Below are positions 1-11,050 of a stretch of DNA of 64,000 nucleotides, piece by piece. Source of the DNA: Planctomycetota bacterium. GTDB taxonomy: Bacteria; Planctomycetota; SZUA-567; H5-PLA8. Each line of letters starts with the position of its first letter. Position 1 is the stretch's first letter. The stretch spans positions 10,946 through 74,945 of the forward strand of contig JAHCJK010000002.1 in NCBI GenBank assembly GCA_026184295.1. Reading direction: 5' to 3'. The notes below the pieces were generated by a model. It searched no databases and was not told where the DNA came from. It was given only the letters and a program-made list of their open reading frames with translations. Both the position numbers and the translations under genes were made by a program.

Positions 1-56
1 GGTCAGCAGCGGCTTCATGCCCGGCCACCCCTAAAGATCCGGACTACTCCGGCGGA

Positions 57-2183
57 TCATTCCTTCCGGCACGCCGCCGCGAGCGCGTCCTTCAGCTTCG
101 ACGCGTCTTTCACCGTAACCGCGGGCCGCGCGCCGCTCAATACGTGAATGCGCGGGCCTTCCGGCTGCAAGCCCAGCGCGGCGAGCTGCTCCGGGGTCTC
201 GGCCCAGAGGACCAGCTTGTGCGGCGCGTAGGCGCGCGCGGCCTCGGTGCGCAGGTCCTTCACGCCGGCCCCGGCTTCGCCGCCTTCCACCACCAGCACG
301 GTCGTTCCGCGCAGCGAGGCATCCGCGACCAGCGGCAGCGAGGAGGCCAGGCCGCCGAGCATTTCCAGCAGCGGGCCGTACGCGCCGAGCGTCTTGCGCG
401 CGCGCGCGGCGAAGGCCGGATCGCGCGTCAACGCCGTCTGGCGCAACTGCGCGAGCGCGGCCATCGCGTTCACCGAAGGCATCGGCGTATCCTGGAACGG
501 CTTGTAGGCATCGCCGAGCCGCCCGAGGGCCTCGGGCGCGCCCTTCACCTTCGCGGCGCGGTCGAGGTACGTGCCGTCTTCGGGGTCGAGAAAGCGTTCG
601 TCCAGGCGCGCCAGCATGCCGCGCGCGGCCTCCAGCCAGCGCGCCTCGCCGGTGGCGGCGTAGGCATCCTGGCAGGCCAGCGCCAGCGCGGCCTCGTCGG
701 AACTGAAGCAGTACCAGCCTACGGTGCCGTTGGGTTCGATCACGTGCGCTGCTCCGCGGCCGCCGGCGCCGGGTTCGAGCGCCTCCTTGAGCAGCCGCTC
801 GAGCGTCTTGAGCGCGAAGGCGCGCAGATCGGCGCGGCCGAAGGCCTCCGCCGCGAGCAGATACGCCGAGGCCATGCGCGCGTTGGCATCGACGAGGATT
901 GCTTTGTCCACCGGCGGCGCCGGGCGCAGGTTGCGGGCCTCGAGCATCGCCGCCTGCGCCTTCGAGAGCAGTTGCAGGCCGGTGGCAAGGTCCACGCCCA
1001 GTTCCTTCGAGGCGTCGGCTACGCGGGCGGCGCGGAAGAGCACGTTGCGGAAAGGCGCGGTCTCGGCCAGGTCGCCGCGTTCCTCGATCTCGTAGACCTT
1101 CGCGGCGATCTCCGCGGCGCGGTTCTCGCGCACGGCGGCCTCGAGTTCCTTCACCGTCCAGGTGTAGTAGGCCTCGTCGGCGGCCATGGACGCGTAGAAC
1201 CCGCCCTTGGCGTGGTCGGTCATGACGGTCTCGTACCAGGCCAGCGTCGCCTGCGCGGCCTGCGCGTAGGTCTCGTTCCCCGTCGCCTGCCAGGCGTGGA
1301 TGAGCACCGGGAGCATCTCGGCGTCCACGGCGAGGAGTTTCTCGAAGCGCGGAAGGCGCCAGCGGCGGTCGCGCGCGAAGCGGTGGAAGCCGCCGCCGAT
1401 CTGGTCGTAGATGCCGCCGTGGAGCATCCCGTCGAGCGTGCGCGTGACGACTTCGAGCAGCTTCGGGTCGCCGCTGCGGGCGTGGTTGGCCAGGGCGAGT
1501 TCCAGGGCCTGCGGCGTGGGATATTTCGGCCCTTCGACGCCGGGGCCGAAGCCGCCGCCGACGGGATCGAGCGCCTCCACCATGTTGCGGGCGATGGTCT
1601 CGAGCGTCTCCGGCTTGGGCGCGGCGGGTTCGACCTTCTGGCCCGGCTTGCGCAGTTCTTCCTCCAGCGCGCCGGCGTCCTTCACGAAGGCCTCGCGGTG
1701 CTTGCGCCAGCCTTCGGCGGCGCGGAAGAGGATCGTGCGCAGCCCCGGGCGCTGGGCGACGTAGTCGTCGTCGAGCGAGAAGAAGGTGCCGCCGAAGCCG
1801 ACGTGGCCGTCGGGCGTCAGGATGGCGGTGAGCGGCCAGCCGGCGGTCGCGCCGAGGGCCTGCACGGCCTGCTGGTGGCGGCGGTCGATGTCGGGGCGGC
1901 GGTCCAAATCCACGCGCACGGGCACGAAAAGTTCGTTCAGCATCGCCGCGGCTTTTTCGTCGGCGAGCGTATCCTCGGCCATGACGGCGCTGGAGGCGCT
2001 CCAGCGCGCGTAAATCCACAGGAAGACCGGGCGGTCCAGGCGCTTGGCTTCCGCGAAGGCCTCGGGCCCCCACGCGCGCCAGGCAATGCGTATGCGCGGC
2101 GCTTCCGGCGGGGCTTCGGCGAACGCGCGCGTTCCGCAGAACGACGCCGCCAGGGCTGCTAAGAGGAGAATCCGGCTGGCCAT
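57..2183 (-). CDS. thioredoxin domain-containing protein (DUF255/YyaL-like, six-hairpin glycosidase-like C-domain), secreted
   Basis: 709-aa reading frame trimmed from ORF 57..3671 to the ATG at 2183 (MASRILLLAALAASFCGTRAFA signal peptide). Thioredoxin-like N-domain followed by long alpha/alpha-repeat region typical of the DUF255 family. Other-frame ORFs 31..2073 and 144..2162 are RGA-rich artefacts. Confidence 0.75.
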   Translation of the reverse strand: MASRILLLAALAASFCGTRAFAEAPPEAPRIRIAWRAWGPEAFAEAKRLDRPVFLWIYARWSASSAVMAEDTLADEKAAAMLNELFVPVRVDLDRRPDIDRRHQQAVQALGATAGWPLTAILTPDGHVGFGGTFFSLDDDYVAQRPGLRTILFRAAEGWRKHREAFVKDAGALEEELRKPGQKVEPAAPKPETLETIARNMVEALDPVGGGFGPGVEGPKYPTPQALELALANHARSGDPKLLEVVTRTLDGMLHGGIYDQIGGGFHRFARDRRWRLPRFEKLLAVDAEMLPVLIHAWQATGNETYAQAAQATLAWYETVMTDHAKGGFYASMAADEAYYTWTVKELEAAVRENRAAEIAAKVYEIEERGDLAETAPFRNVLFRAARVADASKELGVDLATGLQLLSKAQAAMLEARNLRPAPPVDKAILVDANARMASAYLLAAEAFGRADLRAFALKTLERLLKEALEPGAGGRGAAHVIEPNGTVGWYCFSSDEAALALACQDAYAATGEARWLEAARGMLARLDERFLDPEDGTYLDRAAKVKGAPEALGRLGDAYKPFQDTPMPSVNAMAALAQLRQTALTRDPAFAARARKTLGAYGPLLEMLGGLASSLPLVADASLRGTTVLVVEGGEAGAGVKDLRTEAARAYAPHKLVLWAETPEQLAALGLQPEGPRIHVLSGARPAVTVKDASKLKDALAAACRKE

Positions 2184-2305
2184 GGCGCCCGAGTCTACCG
2201 GCCGGAGTCCGTTTTGCGCGCGAATCCTCAACATCCGCGCGTTGCGCTCTGGCCGATGCCGCGCGCCTGTGTTAGGCTCCTTACGCTTTCCGAACGAACG
2301 AACAC

Positions 2306-3683
2306 CATGGGCGCGGATGACCGCATGTCCGATACCAAGACCAACAAGCGCAAGTCGGGCCGCCACAAGGCCGCGCGCCCGGCCGATGCCCGGCAGGACG
2401 AGCCGATTCCCGCGCTCCGCACGGTCCCGGCCGAGATGGTCTCCCTGGCCAAGAACAAGAAGGGCCAGCCCGATCCCGAAGAGATGGGCATCGTCCTGCA
2501 CGATCCCGACAAGTTCGCGCCGCAGCCGGCGGTGCTGAGCCCCGGGGCGTACGCGCTCGCGACGCTCTTCAACGGCGAACGCACGGCCGCGGAGGTCGCG
2601 CAGATATTCCGCGACCAGTACGGCCAGGAAGTCACCGAGAAGGGCATCCACGACCTCGCCAGGGAACTCGACGAGAACCTTTTCCTCGACAGCCCGCATT
2701 TCGAAGAAGTGGTCCGGCAGACGCTGCAGAAGTTCCTCTCCGCTCCGGTGCGGCCCACGGCGCACGGCGGCGAATGCTACGCCACCGACCCCGAAGCGCT
2801 GATGAAGGAGATCGAAGGCTACTTCGCCTCGCCCGAAGGCCCCGGCAAGCTGGCCGCGAAGCCCGAGGCGAAGGCGGACGAAGTGGCCGGCGTGATCGTC
2901 CCGCACATCGACCTGCGCGTCGGCGGGCCGGTGTACGCGCACGGCTACCACGCGCTGCTGGAGCGCAGCCAGGCGGACCTTTTCGTGATCCTGGGCGTCG
3001 CGCACCGTTCGGCCGGCACGGGCCTCTTCAACGTCTCGACCAAGGATTACGCGACGCCGTTCGGGCCCGCGCCGACGGCCAAGGGCATCGCGCGGCGCAT
3101 CCAGGATGCCGCGGCGATCGACACGGCCATCGCCGAGTACACGCACAAGGAAGAATTCTCCATCGAGTTCCAGGCGGTGCTGCTGGCGGGGCTGCTGGGC
3201 CAGCGCGCGATGCGTTCGTTCGAGATCCTCCCGATCCTGTGCAACTCGGCCGATCCGTTCATCGAAGAAGAGATCAATCCGGCCAGCGACGACGGCTTCC
3301 AGCGCTTTCTCGAAACCCTGCGCAAGGAACTCGACAAGAGCGGCCGCAAGTGGTGCGTGCTGGCGAGCGTGGACCTGAGCCACGTGGGCCCGAAGTTCGG
3401 GCACGCGACGAACATCACCGAGAAGCTGCTGCTCCCCGTCGAACGCGCCGACCGCCGCATGCTGAAAAAGGTCGAGACGCTCGATCCCGACGCGTTCTAT
3501 TTCGAGATCGCGCGCACCAAGAACTCCCGCCACGTGGACGGCGTGCTGGCGATGCTCGCGCTGCTCACCCTGGGCAAGGACCGCTTCCGCTCCGCGCAGC
3601 TCCTGCGCTACGACCAGATGCTCGAAGTTCCCACGAAGTCCGCGGTCAGCTACGCGTCTATGGCCATGCAAACGGTCAAATAG
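2306..3683 (+). CDS. Memo1-family protein (AmmeMemoRadiSam system protein B-like) with ~100-aa N-terminal extension
   Basis: Memo-like motifs (GVIVPHIDLRVGGPVYAHGYHAL, SVDLSHVGPKFGH). Start chosen at first ATG (MGADDRMSD); start uncertain. Confidence 0.7.
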
Positions 3684-3770
3684 CCCAAAAGAGGCCGGCG
3701 TCTACTCGTAAGACTAAAAGCGCCACGGTAAGACCGTGAACCGACTCCTCCACACAAGGTGAATGCCGTT

Positions 3771-5189
3771 ATGAAGCGCATCCTGATCGTGGCCGCCCTG
3801 GTGCTCGTGGTGCTTTTCGTGGGCGGCGGCCTGGCGCTCACGCTGCTGGCGCGCTCGCTGGAGGCCCAGGCCCAGCCCTGGACGACCGCCAAGGTGGAAC
3901 GCGGCGAGATGCTCGTGACGGTCAACGCGACCGGAACGCTCGAGCCCGTGCAGGAAGTGCAGGTCGGCAGCCAGGTCTCGGGCAAGGTGATCGAGGTCCG
4001 CAAGAAGGCCGACGAGCGCGTGAAGCAGGGCGAGATTCTCGCGCTGCTCGACACGGAACTGCTGGAGGCCGAGCGCAAGGACAAGGAGAGCCAGCTCAAG
4101 CACGCCCGCATCGCCCTGGAGATGCTCGCGGTCGAGCGCAGCAACCTGGACCTGCGCGAGAAGGACCTGACCTTCACGCGGCAGCGCCAACAGCTCTCGT
4201 TCGAGCGCTCGCAGGCCAACCGCGAACTCGCGGAAAAGAACCTGCAGCGCTACCAGGACCTGATCAAGGCCGACGCGACCACCCCCACCGAACTGGACAT
4301 CAAGCAGCTCGAATTCAAGAACGCCGACCTCGACATGCGCACGCACAAGGTCGAACTCGAACGCCTGGGCATGGAACTCGAGAAAATCGGCAACGAGCGC
4401 CGCGCGCTGGCCGCGCGCGAGGCGCAGAACCGGCTGGTCGTCGAACAGGCGGAGCAGGCCCTGGCCAAGGCCGTCACCAACGTCGGGTACGCCTCCATCG
4501 TCTCGCCCATCGAAGGCATCGTCTTCGAACGCGCCGTGCAGCCGGGGCAGACGATCGCGGCGCAGTTCCAGACGCCCAACCTCTTCAAGATCATCGCCGA
4601 CCTGGCCGAGATGCGCGTGGCCTCGAACATCGACGAAGCGGAAGTCGGGCACATCCGCAAGGGCATGAAGGTGACCTTCGAGGTGGACAGCTTCCGCGGC
4701 GAGAAGTTCGAGGGCGTGGTGGAGGCCGTGCAGCTCAAGCACGTGGCCAATTCGAGCCTGGTGATGTATCCGGTGATCATCGCGGCGAAGAACCCGCCCA
4801 GCGAAGAATACCCTTTCGGCAAGCTGCGCCCGGGCATGACGGCGTACGTCACCTACGAAGTCGAACGCAAGCAGGACGTGCTGCGCATTCCCGCTTCGGC
4901 CGTGCGCTTCTCCCCGCCGCGGAGCGCGACGGTTCTGCCGGCCGCCCCGCCGCCCGCGCCGGCGAAGAACGGCGAGGAAGACGGCGCGAAGAAGACGCCG
5001 AAGGGCATGGCCGCGACCGTCTACACGCAGTCCGGCAAGGGCGGGCTGAAGGCCGTCGCCATTTACGTCGGCGCCAACGACGGCAAGGCCTACGAGATGC
5101 TGGGAGGCGACCTGAAGCCGGGCGACGAGCTGGTCACCGGCATGCAGTTCTTCGGCATGCCCGTGCCGGCGGAAGGCGCCGGAGAATAG
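3771..5189 (+). CDS. efflux transporter periplasmic adaptor subunit (HlyD/MacA family)
   Basis: N-terminal TM anchor, long coiled coil, beta-barrel/lipoyl-like domains. AAGGTG 9 nt upstream of ATG 3771 (ORF track starts at GTG 3759). Confidence 0.8.
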   Translation: MKRILIVAALVLVVLFVGGGLALTLLARSLEAQAQPWTTAKVERGEMLVTVNATGTLEPVQEVQVGSQVSGKVIEVRKKADERVKQGEILALLDTELLEAERKDKESQLKHARIALEMLAVERSNLDLREKDLTFTRQRQQLSFERSQANRELAEKNLQRYQDLIKADATTPTELDIKQLEFKNADLDMRTHKVELERLGMELEKIGNERRALAAREAQNRLVVEQAEQALAKAVTNVGYASIVSPIEGIVFERAVQPGQTIAAQFQTPNLFKIIADLAEMRVASNIDEAEVGHIRKGMKVTFEVDSFRGEKFEGVVEAVQLKHVANSSLVMYPVIIAAKNPPSEEYPFGKLRPGMTAYVTYEVERKQDVLRIPASAVRFSPPRSATVLPAAPPPAPAKNGEEDGAKKTPKGMAATVYTQSGKGGLKAVAIYVGANDGKAYEMLGGDLKPGDELVTGMQFFGMPVPAEGAGE

Positions 5190-5191
5190 AA

Positions 5192-6022
5192 ATGCCCGGC
5201 GCCGCGCCTCCGCCCGTCCCTGCCGAGCCCCCCGGCGCGCCGGCGCCGCAGCCCGTCGTTTACGTGCGCGACATGGTCAAGACCTACGGCGAACACACCG
5301 TCGCGCCCGTGCACGCGCTGCGCGGCATCACCTTTACCGTCGCCAAGGGCGACTTCACCGCCATCATGGGGCATTCGGGCTCGGGCAAATCGACGCTGAT
5401 GAACATCCTCGGCTGCCTCGACCGGCCCACCAACGGCTGGTACGTGCTGGAAGGCGAGGACGTCTCGCGCCGCACGCGCGGGCAGCTCGCCCGGGTGCGC
5501 TCGCGCGCCATCGGCTTCGTCTTCCAGAGCTTCCAGTTGCTCCCGCGGCTCACCACGCTGGCCAACTGCGAACTGCCCTTGCAGTACATGGGCGGCGTCG
5601 GGCGCGCCGAACGCCGCGACCGCGCCGCGGAAGTCCTGCGCCGCGTCGGCCTGGGCAACAAGCTGAACCGCAAGCCCACGGAGCTTTCCGGCGGACAGCA
5701 GCAGCGCGTGGCCATCGCGCGCGCGCTGGTCAACCGCCCGCGCCTGCTGCTCGCCGACGAACCGACCGGCAACCTGGACACGCGCACCGGCCTGGAAATC
5801 CTCGCGCTGCTGCAGGAGCTGAACGCCGAAGGACTGACCATCGTGCTCGTGACGCACGAATCCGACGTGGCCGCCTGCGCGCGCCGCGCCATCCACATGT
5901 CCGACGGGCGCATCCGCCGGATCGAAACCCGCGCGGAACCGCTCCGCGCCCGCGCGCAGCTCGACGCGCTGCCCCCGGAAGAAGACTACGCGGAAGCGGC
6001 CGCGCCGGCCGCCGCCCGCTAG
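5192..6022 (+). CDS. ABC transporter ATP-binding protein (MacB/LolD-type)
   Basis: Walker A GHSGSGKST, signature LSGGQQQRVAIARAL, Walker B LLLADEPTGNLD, H-loop. 3-nt gap after adaptor gene. Confidence 0.85.
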   Translation: MPGAAPPPVPAEPPGAPAPQPVVYVRDMVKTYGEHTVAPVHALRGITFTVAKGDFTAIMGHSGSGKSTLMNILGCLDRPTNGWYVLEGEDVSRRTRGQLARVRSRAIGFVFQSFQLLPRLTTLANCELPLQYMGGVGRAERRDRAAEVLRRVGLGNKLNRKPTELSGGQQQRVAIARALVNRPRLLLADEPTGNLDTRTGLEILALLQELNAEGLTIVLVTHESDVAACARRAIHMSDGRIRRIETRAEPLRARAQLDALPPEEDYAEAAAPAAAR

Positions 6023-6031
6023 GAACCGCGC

Positions 6032-7255
6032 ATGCTCAACGCCCTCGTGCTGGCCTTCCAGGCGCTCAACGCGAACAAGCTGCGCTCGGCGCTGACCATG
6101 CTCGGCACGATCATCGGCGTCGGCTGCGTCGTGGCGCTCTGGAACGTCGGCGGCAGCGGGCGCCAGTTCGTCGGCGAATCCCTGGAATCCTTCGGCCGCA
6201 ACCTGCTCATCGTCAGCCCGCGCTACGGCGGCGACGAGGAGGACCAGCGCCGCAACAAGTACCACCCGCTCAAGGTGTCGGACGTGACCGAGATGCAGGA
6301 ACTCAGCCCGTCCGTGCAGGACGCCTCGCCGGTGATCTTCAGCGGCGCGCGGGCGATCTACGGCGCGCGCTTCTGCCGCGCGGAAGTGAACGGGTGTTTC
6401 CCCTCGTACCTGACGATCCGCAACTGGACCCTGGAACTCGGCATGCCCTTCAGCGACGCCGACGTGCGCAGCGGCAACCGCGTCGTGCTCCTGGGCGCCG
6501 ACGTCGCGCGCGAACTCTTCGGCGCGCTCGACCCGACCGGCCGCGTGATCCGCCTCGACCGCGAGCCCTTTACCGTCATCGGCGTGCTCAAGGCCAAGGG
6601 CTCGCTCTTCGGCAGCAAGCAGGACAACGTGATCCTGGCGCCGTTCACCAGCATCGCCGATCACATGGGCTGGGGCCGGCAGGTGCACGTGATCTTCGCG
6701 TCCGCGCGCACGCGCGACCTGATCCCGCAGGCCAAGAACGAGATTCGCCTGGCGATCCGCGAGATTCAAAGCATCGCGGCCGACCGCCGGGACCCGGTGG
6801 ACGTGAAGGACCTGGGCGAGATGGCCGATGCGGTGGACCGGACGCTGCTCGCGTTCACCCTGCTGCTCGGCGCGATCGGGATGATCTCGCTGCTCGTCGG
6901 CGGCATCGGCATCATGAACATCATGCTCGTCTCGGTGACCGAGCGCACCCGCGAGATCGGCCTGCGCATGGCGCTCGGCGCGACCGACTTCGACATCCTG
7001 ATGCAGTTCCTGGTCGAATCGATGGTCCTGGGCGGACTGGGCGGACTGGTGGGCGCGGCCGGCGGCGCTGGCATGGCCGCGCTCACGGTCAAGGTCCTCT
7101 CGATGCTGATGGAACGCCCCTGGCCGTTCGTGCTCAGTTGGGCGTCGGTGGCGGCGTCGCTGGTCTTCGCGGCCTGCGTGGGCCTCTTCTTCGGGCTCTA
7201 CCCGGCCTGGCGCGCCAGCCGTCTCGATCCCATCGTGGCCCTGCGCCGCGAGTAG
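6032..7255 (+). CDS. ABC transporter permease (FtsX/MacB-type)
   Basis: N-terminal TM helix, large periplasmic domain, C-terminal 3-TM FtsX domain. Operonic with ATPase gene. Confidence 0.85.
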   Translation: MLNALVLAFQALNANKLRSALTMLGTIIGVGCVVALWNVGGSGRQFVGESLESFGRNLLIVSPRYGGDEEDQRRNKYHPLKVSDVTEMQELSPSVQDASPVIFSGARAIYGARFCRAEVNGCFPSYLTIRNWTLELGMPFSDADVRSGNRVVLLGADVARELFGALDPTGRVIRLDREPFTVIGVLKAKGSLFGSKQDNVILAPFTSIADHMGWGRQVHVIFASARTRDLIPQAKNEIRLAIREIQSIAADRRDPVDVKDLGEMADAVDRTLLAFTLLLGAIGMISLLVGGIGIMNIMLVSVTERTREIGLRMALGATDFDILMQFLVESMVLGGLGGLVGAAGGAGMAALTVKVLSMLMERPWPFVLSWASVAASLVFAACVGLFFGLYPAWRASRLDPIVALRRE

Positions 7256-7267
7256 CCGCGCGGCCGG

Positions 7268-7903
<636 letters not shown>

Positions 7904-8002
7904 GGAAGACTCCCCGCGGAACCACGATGAAGGAACGGAATGCAACCCCCGGGGCCCAGTGGGCCGTCTATACTACGAACGAATGAGGGATTCGGTTCGG
8001 GC

Positions 8003-8034
8003 AAAAAAAATCCCCTTCCTTGCGGAAGGGGATT
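8003..8034 (-). terminator. rho-independent terminator downstream of 8065..8703 gene
   Basis: On minus strand GGAAGGGGATT stem (pairs AATCCCCTTCC, loop GCAA) followed by TTTTTTTT. Confidence 0.55.
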
Positions 8035-8064
8035 GCTAAAGCAGCTTGTAAGGGTCCGTGGAAA

Positions 8065-8703
8065 TCAGTCGGCCTTCAGCGCCGAGTCGTCATCACCGTT
8101 CGAAGATTCGGCGGTGTAGATGTCGTCGTCGCCCGAGCTGATCTTGCGGGTCTTTCTGTCCAGGAACTCCACCGAGCCACCGACGACCAAGAAGTTCTGG
8201 CCGACGCCGGCGGTGCCCGAACGGCCGTGGTTCGTCGAATTGTTGCCGACCGGTCCGGTGCCGTAATCGCCCGCGAGACCGCCCACGGCGCGCGTGGGAA
8301 GCTGGTCGGGCTGGAACCCGTACTTGGTGTACGTGTTATCCATGTTCGGCGTGCCACCGTTGCTCGTGTTGGCCACGGGCGGCGTCCCCAGGATCTTATC
8401 CAGCGAGGGCGACGAGGGGCACGAGAAACAGCGGGGGTCCTTGACATACGCGTCGTACAGCAGGTTCAACGACTTGCAGGCGCTGGTGCCGGAGGTCGGC
8501 ATCTTGCCCAAGTTCGATGAAACGTCGCTGTACAACTGGCATCCTTTGCCGATCTGCGACAGGTTGCTGGCACAAGACGTACGCCGCGCGGACTCGCGAG
8601 CGCGAGCCAACACGGGAAGAATAAGACCTGCCAGGATTGCAATGATCGCGATTACAACCAGAAGCTCGATCAGCGTGAAGCCATCCTTCCTCGACTTGTT
8701 CAT
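8065..8703 (-). CDS. DUF1559 (H-X9-DG) protein with prepilin-type N-terminal domain, paralog of 7268..7903
   Basis: [41 protein letters not shown]. Same architecture and ~60% identity to neighbour. Confidence 0.8.
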   Translation of the reverse strand: MNKSRKDGFTLIELLVVIAIIAILAGLILPVLARARESARRTSCASNLSQIGKGCQLYSDVSSNLGKMPTSGTSACKSLNLLYDAYVKDPRCFSCPSSPSLDKILGTPPVANTSNGGTPNMDNTYTKYGFQPDQLPTRAVGGLAGDYGTGPVGNNSTNHGRSGTAGVGQNFLVVGGSVEFLDRKTRKISSGDDDIYTAESSNGDDDSALKAD

Positions 8704-8994
8704 GCATTCACCCCCTTTCGGTGCGAGGACATCTCTTTGTGTGGCGGTTAACAACACTAAAACTCATTACAGCATCCTTTTTCATGTGTGTCAACGAACT
8801 ATCTAACCGTTTGTTGTTTAAGAAAATATACATTTGCACCCGTGCCTGAAAATCTCGCGACTGATCCTTCTACGAACGTCTGTTCTACGCGGTTCGGTTG
8901 AATCTTCGGACCTTGGCAAGTCGATTAAAAGACTTAGAAGTTTTCCGAGAATTGCTACCACGGTACCCTGGGGCCGAAAAAGCGGGAGCAGCCT

Positions 8995-9693
8995 TTGGAT
9001 TGGTATACCTTCCTTACCGACATGTTCGCGACAGGTCACCTTTCGTACCTGCTCGTCTTCGTCATCCTCATCTTGTGCGGCCTGGGCCTGCCCATCCCCG
9101 AAGAAGTCACCTTTATCGTCGCGGGCATCGTGGTGGACCGCATCGACGGGCAGCTCGGCCTCATGATCGTCGTCTCGGTGATCGGCATCCTGGCCGGCGA
9201 TAGCGTAACCTTTTACTTAGGAAGACGATACGGGGAGTCCCTGCTCTCCCGATGGCCCTTTAAAAAGCTGATGACGCAGAAGAACCTTCAGCGTTCGCGC
9301 GACTTCTTCCGCCGCCACGGTTCCAAGGCCATCTTCATCGCCGGCTGCCTGGCGGGCGTGCGCGCGCCGACCTTCTTCCTCAGCGCCACGATGGGCGTGA
9401 GCTACTGGCGCTTTCTGCTCTGGGATTTCGCGCGGGCGATGATTACGTGTCCCATCTCTATTTACCTCGGTTACAAATTTGGGAAGGAAGCTGAAGAGCG
9501 TTTGGGGCCCTACAAACATTACTTGTTTGGGGCGATCGTGATCATCGCGCTCTTCTTCGTCGTGCGGGAGATCAGGATGCACCGGCGGGACCAGCAGGAA
9601 GACGAAAAGATGGCCGAGGTCCCCGCGATCGATTCGCCCGCGCAGCCCACGGCCGATCCCAAGCCCGAACGGCTGGCCTCCAAGGACGATTGA
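8995..9693 (+). CDS. DedA family membrane protein (SNARE-associated domain)
   Basis: Multi-pass membrane protein with DedA core (FIAGCLAGVRAPTFF). Confidence 0.8.
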   Translation: MDWYTFLTDMFATGHLSYLLVFVILILCGLGLPIPEEVTFIVAGIVVDRIDGQLGLMIVVSVIGILAGDSVTFYLGRRYGESLLSRWPFKKLMTQKNLQRSRDFFRRHGSKAIFIAGCLAGVRAPTFFLSATMGVSYWRFLLWDFARAMITCPISIYLGYKFGKEAEERLGPYKHYLFGAIVIIALFFVVREIRMHRRDQQEDEKMAEVPAIDSPAQPTADPKPERLASKDD

Positions 9694-9777
9694 TCTGGCG
9701 CAACTTTTGTGATCTAATGACTTTAGGTGGCCTGAGCGCGCGCTATTCGTACGCGCCGGGACCGGAAAGGACGCTCC

Positions 9778-10485
9778 ATGGCTCGTGGCTTGATTGCGCT
9801 GGCGGTGATCGTGGCCCTGGTGGTCATCGTGGTGGCCTTGGGCTCGAGCAAGTCCAGCGGCGACAAACCCACGCCCCCTGCCACGCCGAACACGCCCGGC
9901 ACCCCCGCGACACCCGGCACGCCGGGCACGCCCTCGGCCGTCACGCCGGCCGTCGTGACGCCGGTCAAGATCGTGATCGAGTGCGAGAAGCCCACCAAGC
10001 TGGAAGACAAGGCGCCCGACGGCACGGTGGTGATGCGCATCGCCTCGGTCCACATGGGCAAGGCGATGGGCTACCTCGAAATCCCCGACGGCTGGATGCA
10101 TAGCTGCGGCCTCGACACCACCGAATTGAAGACCGGCGGGGGCAAGCTGCCCGGCAAGGCGATCTACGAGTTCGAAGTCCCGCGCGAGGACGAGTACTAC
10201 GTCTTCCTGCGCGCGAAGTGGTTCGATTCCTGCGGGGATTCGGTCTTCCTCAAGCTCGACGACCAGCCGTACCTCGACCTGCGCGACGACGAAGGCAAGA
10301 TCAGCGAGTCGGAGTTCAAGTGGGCCTGGCATCCCTACAAGGATGCGGCCAAGATGAAGGCCTTCAAGCTCGCCAAGGGCAAGCACACCTTCGAACTCAA
10401 CACGAAGGAAGACGGCCCGCAGTTCGACAAGATTCTGATCGCGACCGACGCCAACTCGCCGGCGGAAGACGAAGTCGATCCGTAA
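9778..10485 (+). CDS. hypothetical secreted/membrane-anchored protein with Pro/Thr-rich linker and beta-rich C-domain
   Basis: N-terminal hydrophobic anchor, PTPPATPNTPGTPATPGTPGTP linker, globular C-domain. AAAGGA SD. Confidence 0.55.
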   Translation: MARGLIALAVIVALVVIVVALGSSKSSGDKPTPPATPNTPGTPATPGTPGTPSAVTPAVVTPVKIVIECEKPTKLEDKAPDGTVVMRIASVHMGKAMGYLEIPDGWMHSCGLDTTELKTGGGKLPGKAIYEFEVPREDEYYVFLRAKWFDSCGDSVFLKLDDQPYLDLRDDEGKISESEFKWAWHPYKDAAKMKAFKLAKGKHTFELNTKEDGPQFDKILIATDANSPAEDEVDP

Positions 10486-10507
10486 GCGTTCGCCGGAAGG
10501 ATGCGCC

Positions 10508-10771
10508 ATGAAGCCGTTGAAGAAATCCGCCAGAAAGCCCAAAGGCAAGAAGGCCATGCTGCTGGGCGTGGGCCTGGACAACAAGGACGGCCACGTGCGC
10601 GTGACGCGCGGGGAGAACTTCCAGCTCGTCGGCGGTTCGAAAGAGACCCACGAGGTGATGCAGGAAGGCGCGGTCAAGATCAACGAGGAACTGAAGAAGC
10701 GCGGCAAGCACCTCGAAGAGGTCACCAAGAAGGAATTTATCGAGATCGCCAGCAAAGCCATGGGCAAATAG
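10508..10771 (+). CDS. small conserved hypothetical protein (87 aa, Lys-rich termini)
   Basis: GGAAGGA SD 6 nt upstream of ATG. Clean non-RGA-rich composition. 22 nt downstream of previous gene. Confidence 0.5.
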   Translation: MKPLKKSARKPKGKKAMLLGVGLDNKDGHVRVTRGENFQLVGGSKETHEVMQEGAVKINEELKKRGKHLEEVTKKEFIEIASKAMGK

Positions 10772-11050
10772 CGCTACGCCGCCCCGCCTGAAAAATAATT
10801 GTTAAGCTCCTGTGCACGCTAAATGTTGTGCCGCAGGCCTGAAACAGGACCCGAGGAACACGCACATCGTGTTGACTTAAAAGCAGTTATACTTTCCTGA
10901 TTCCTGTTGCGCGCCGCGATATATCGTAGTAAAGACTTCCTTACAATTGAAGCAAGAACGCGCAATGCGCATTAATTCGTTGTATCTTAAACAAAGCACG
11001 CAGCTCGAGCGCTCGCGCCTGACACAGGTCGGTGGGGACTTGGTTCAGCA

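Noticed and set aside
31-2162. ORFs 31..2073 (-) and 144..2162 (+) overlapping the DUF255 gene
   Set aside because: RGA-rich composition, no domain signal. Only the frame containing the thioredoxin-like/YyaL-like sequence and a signal peptide is credible.
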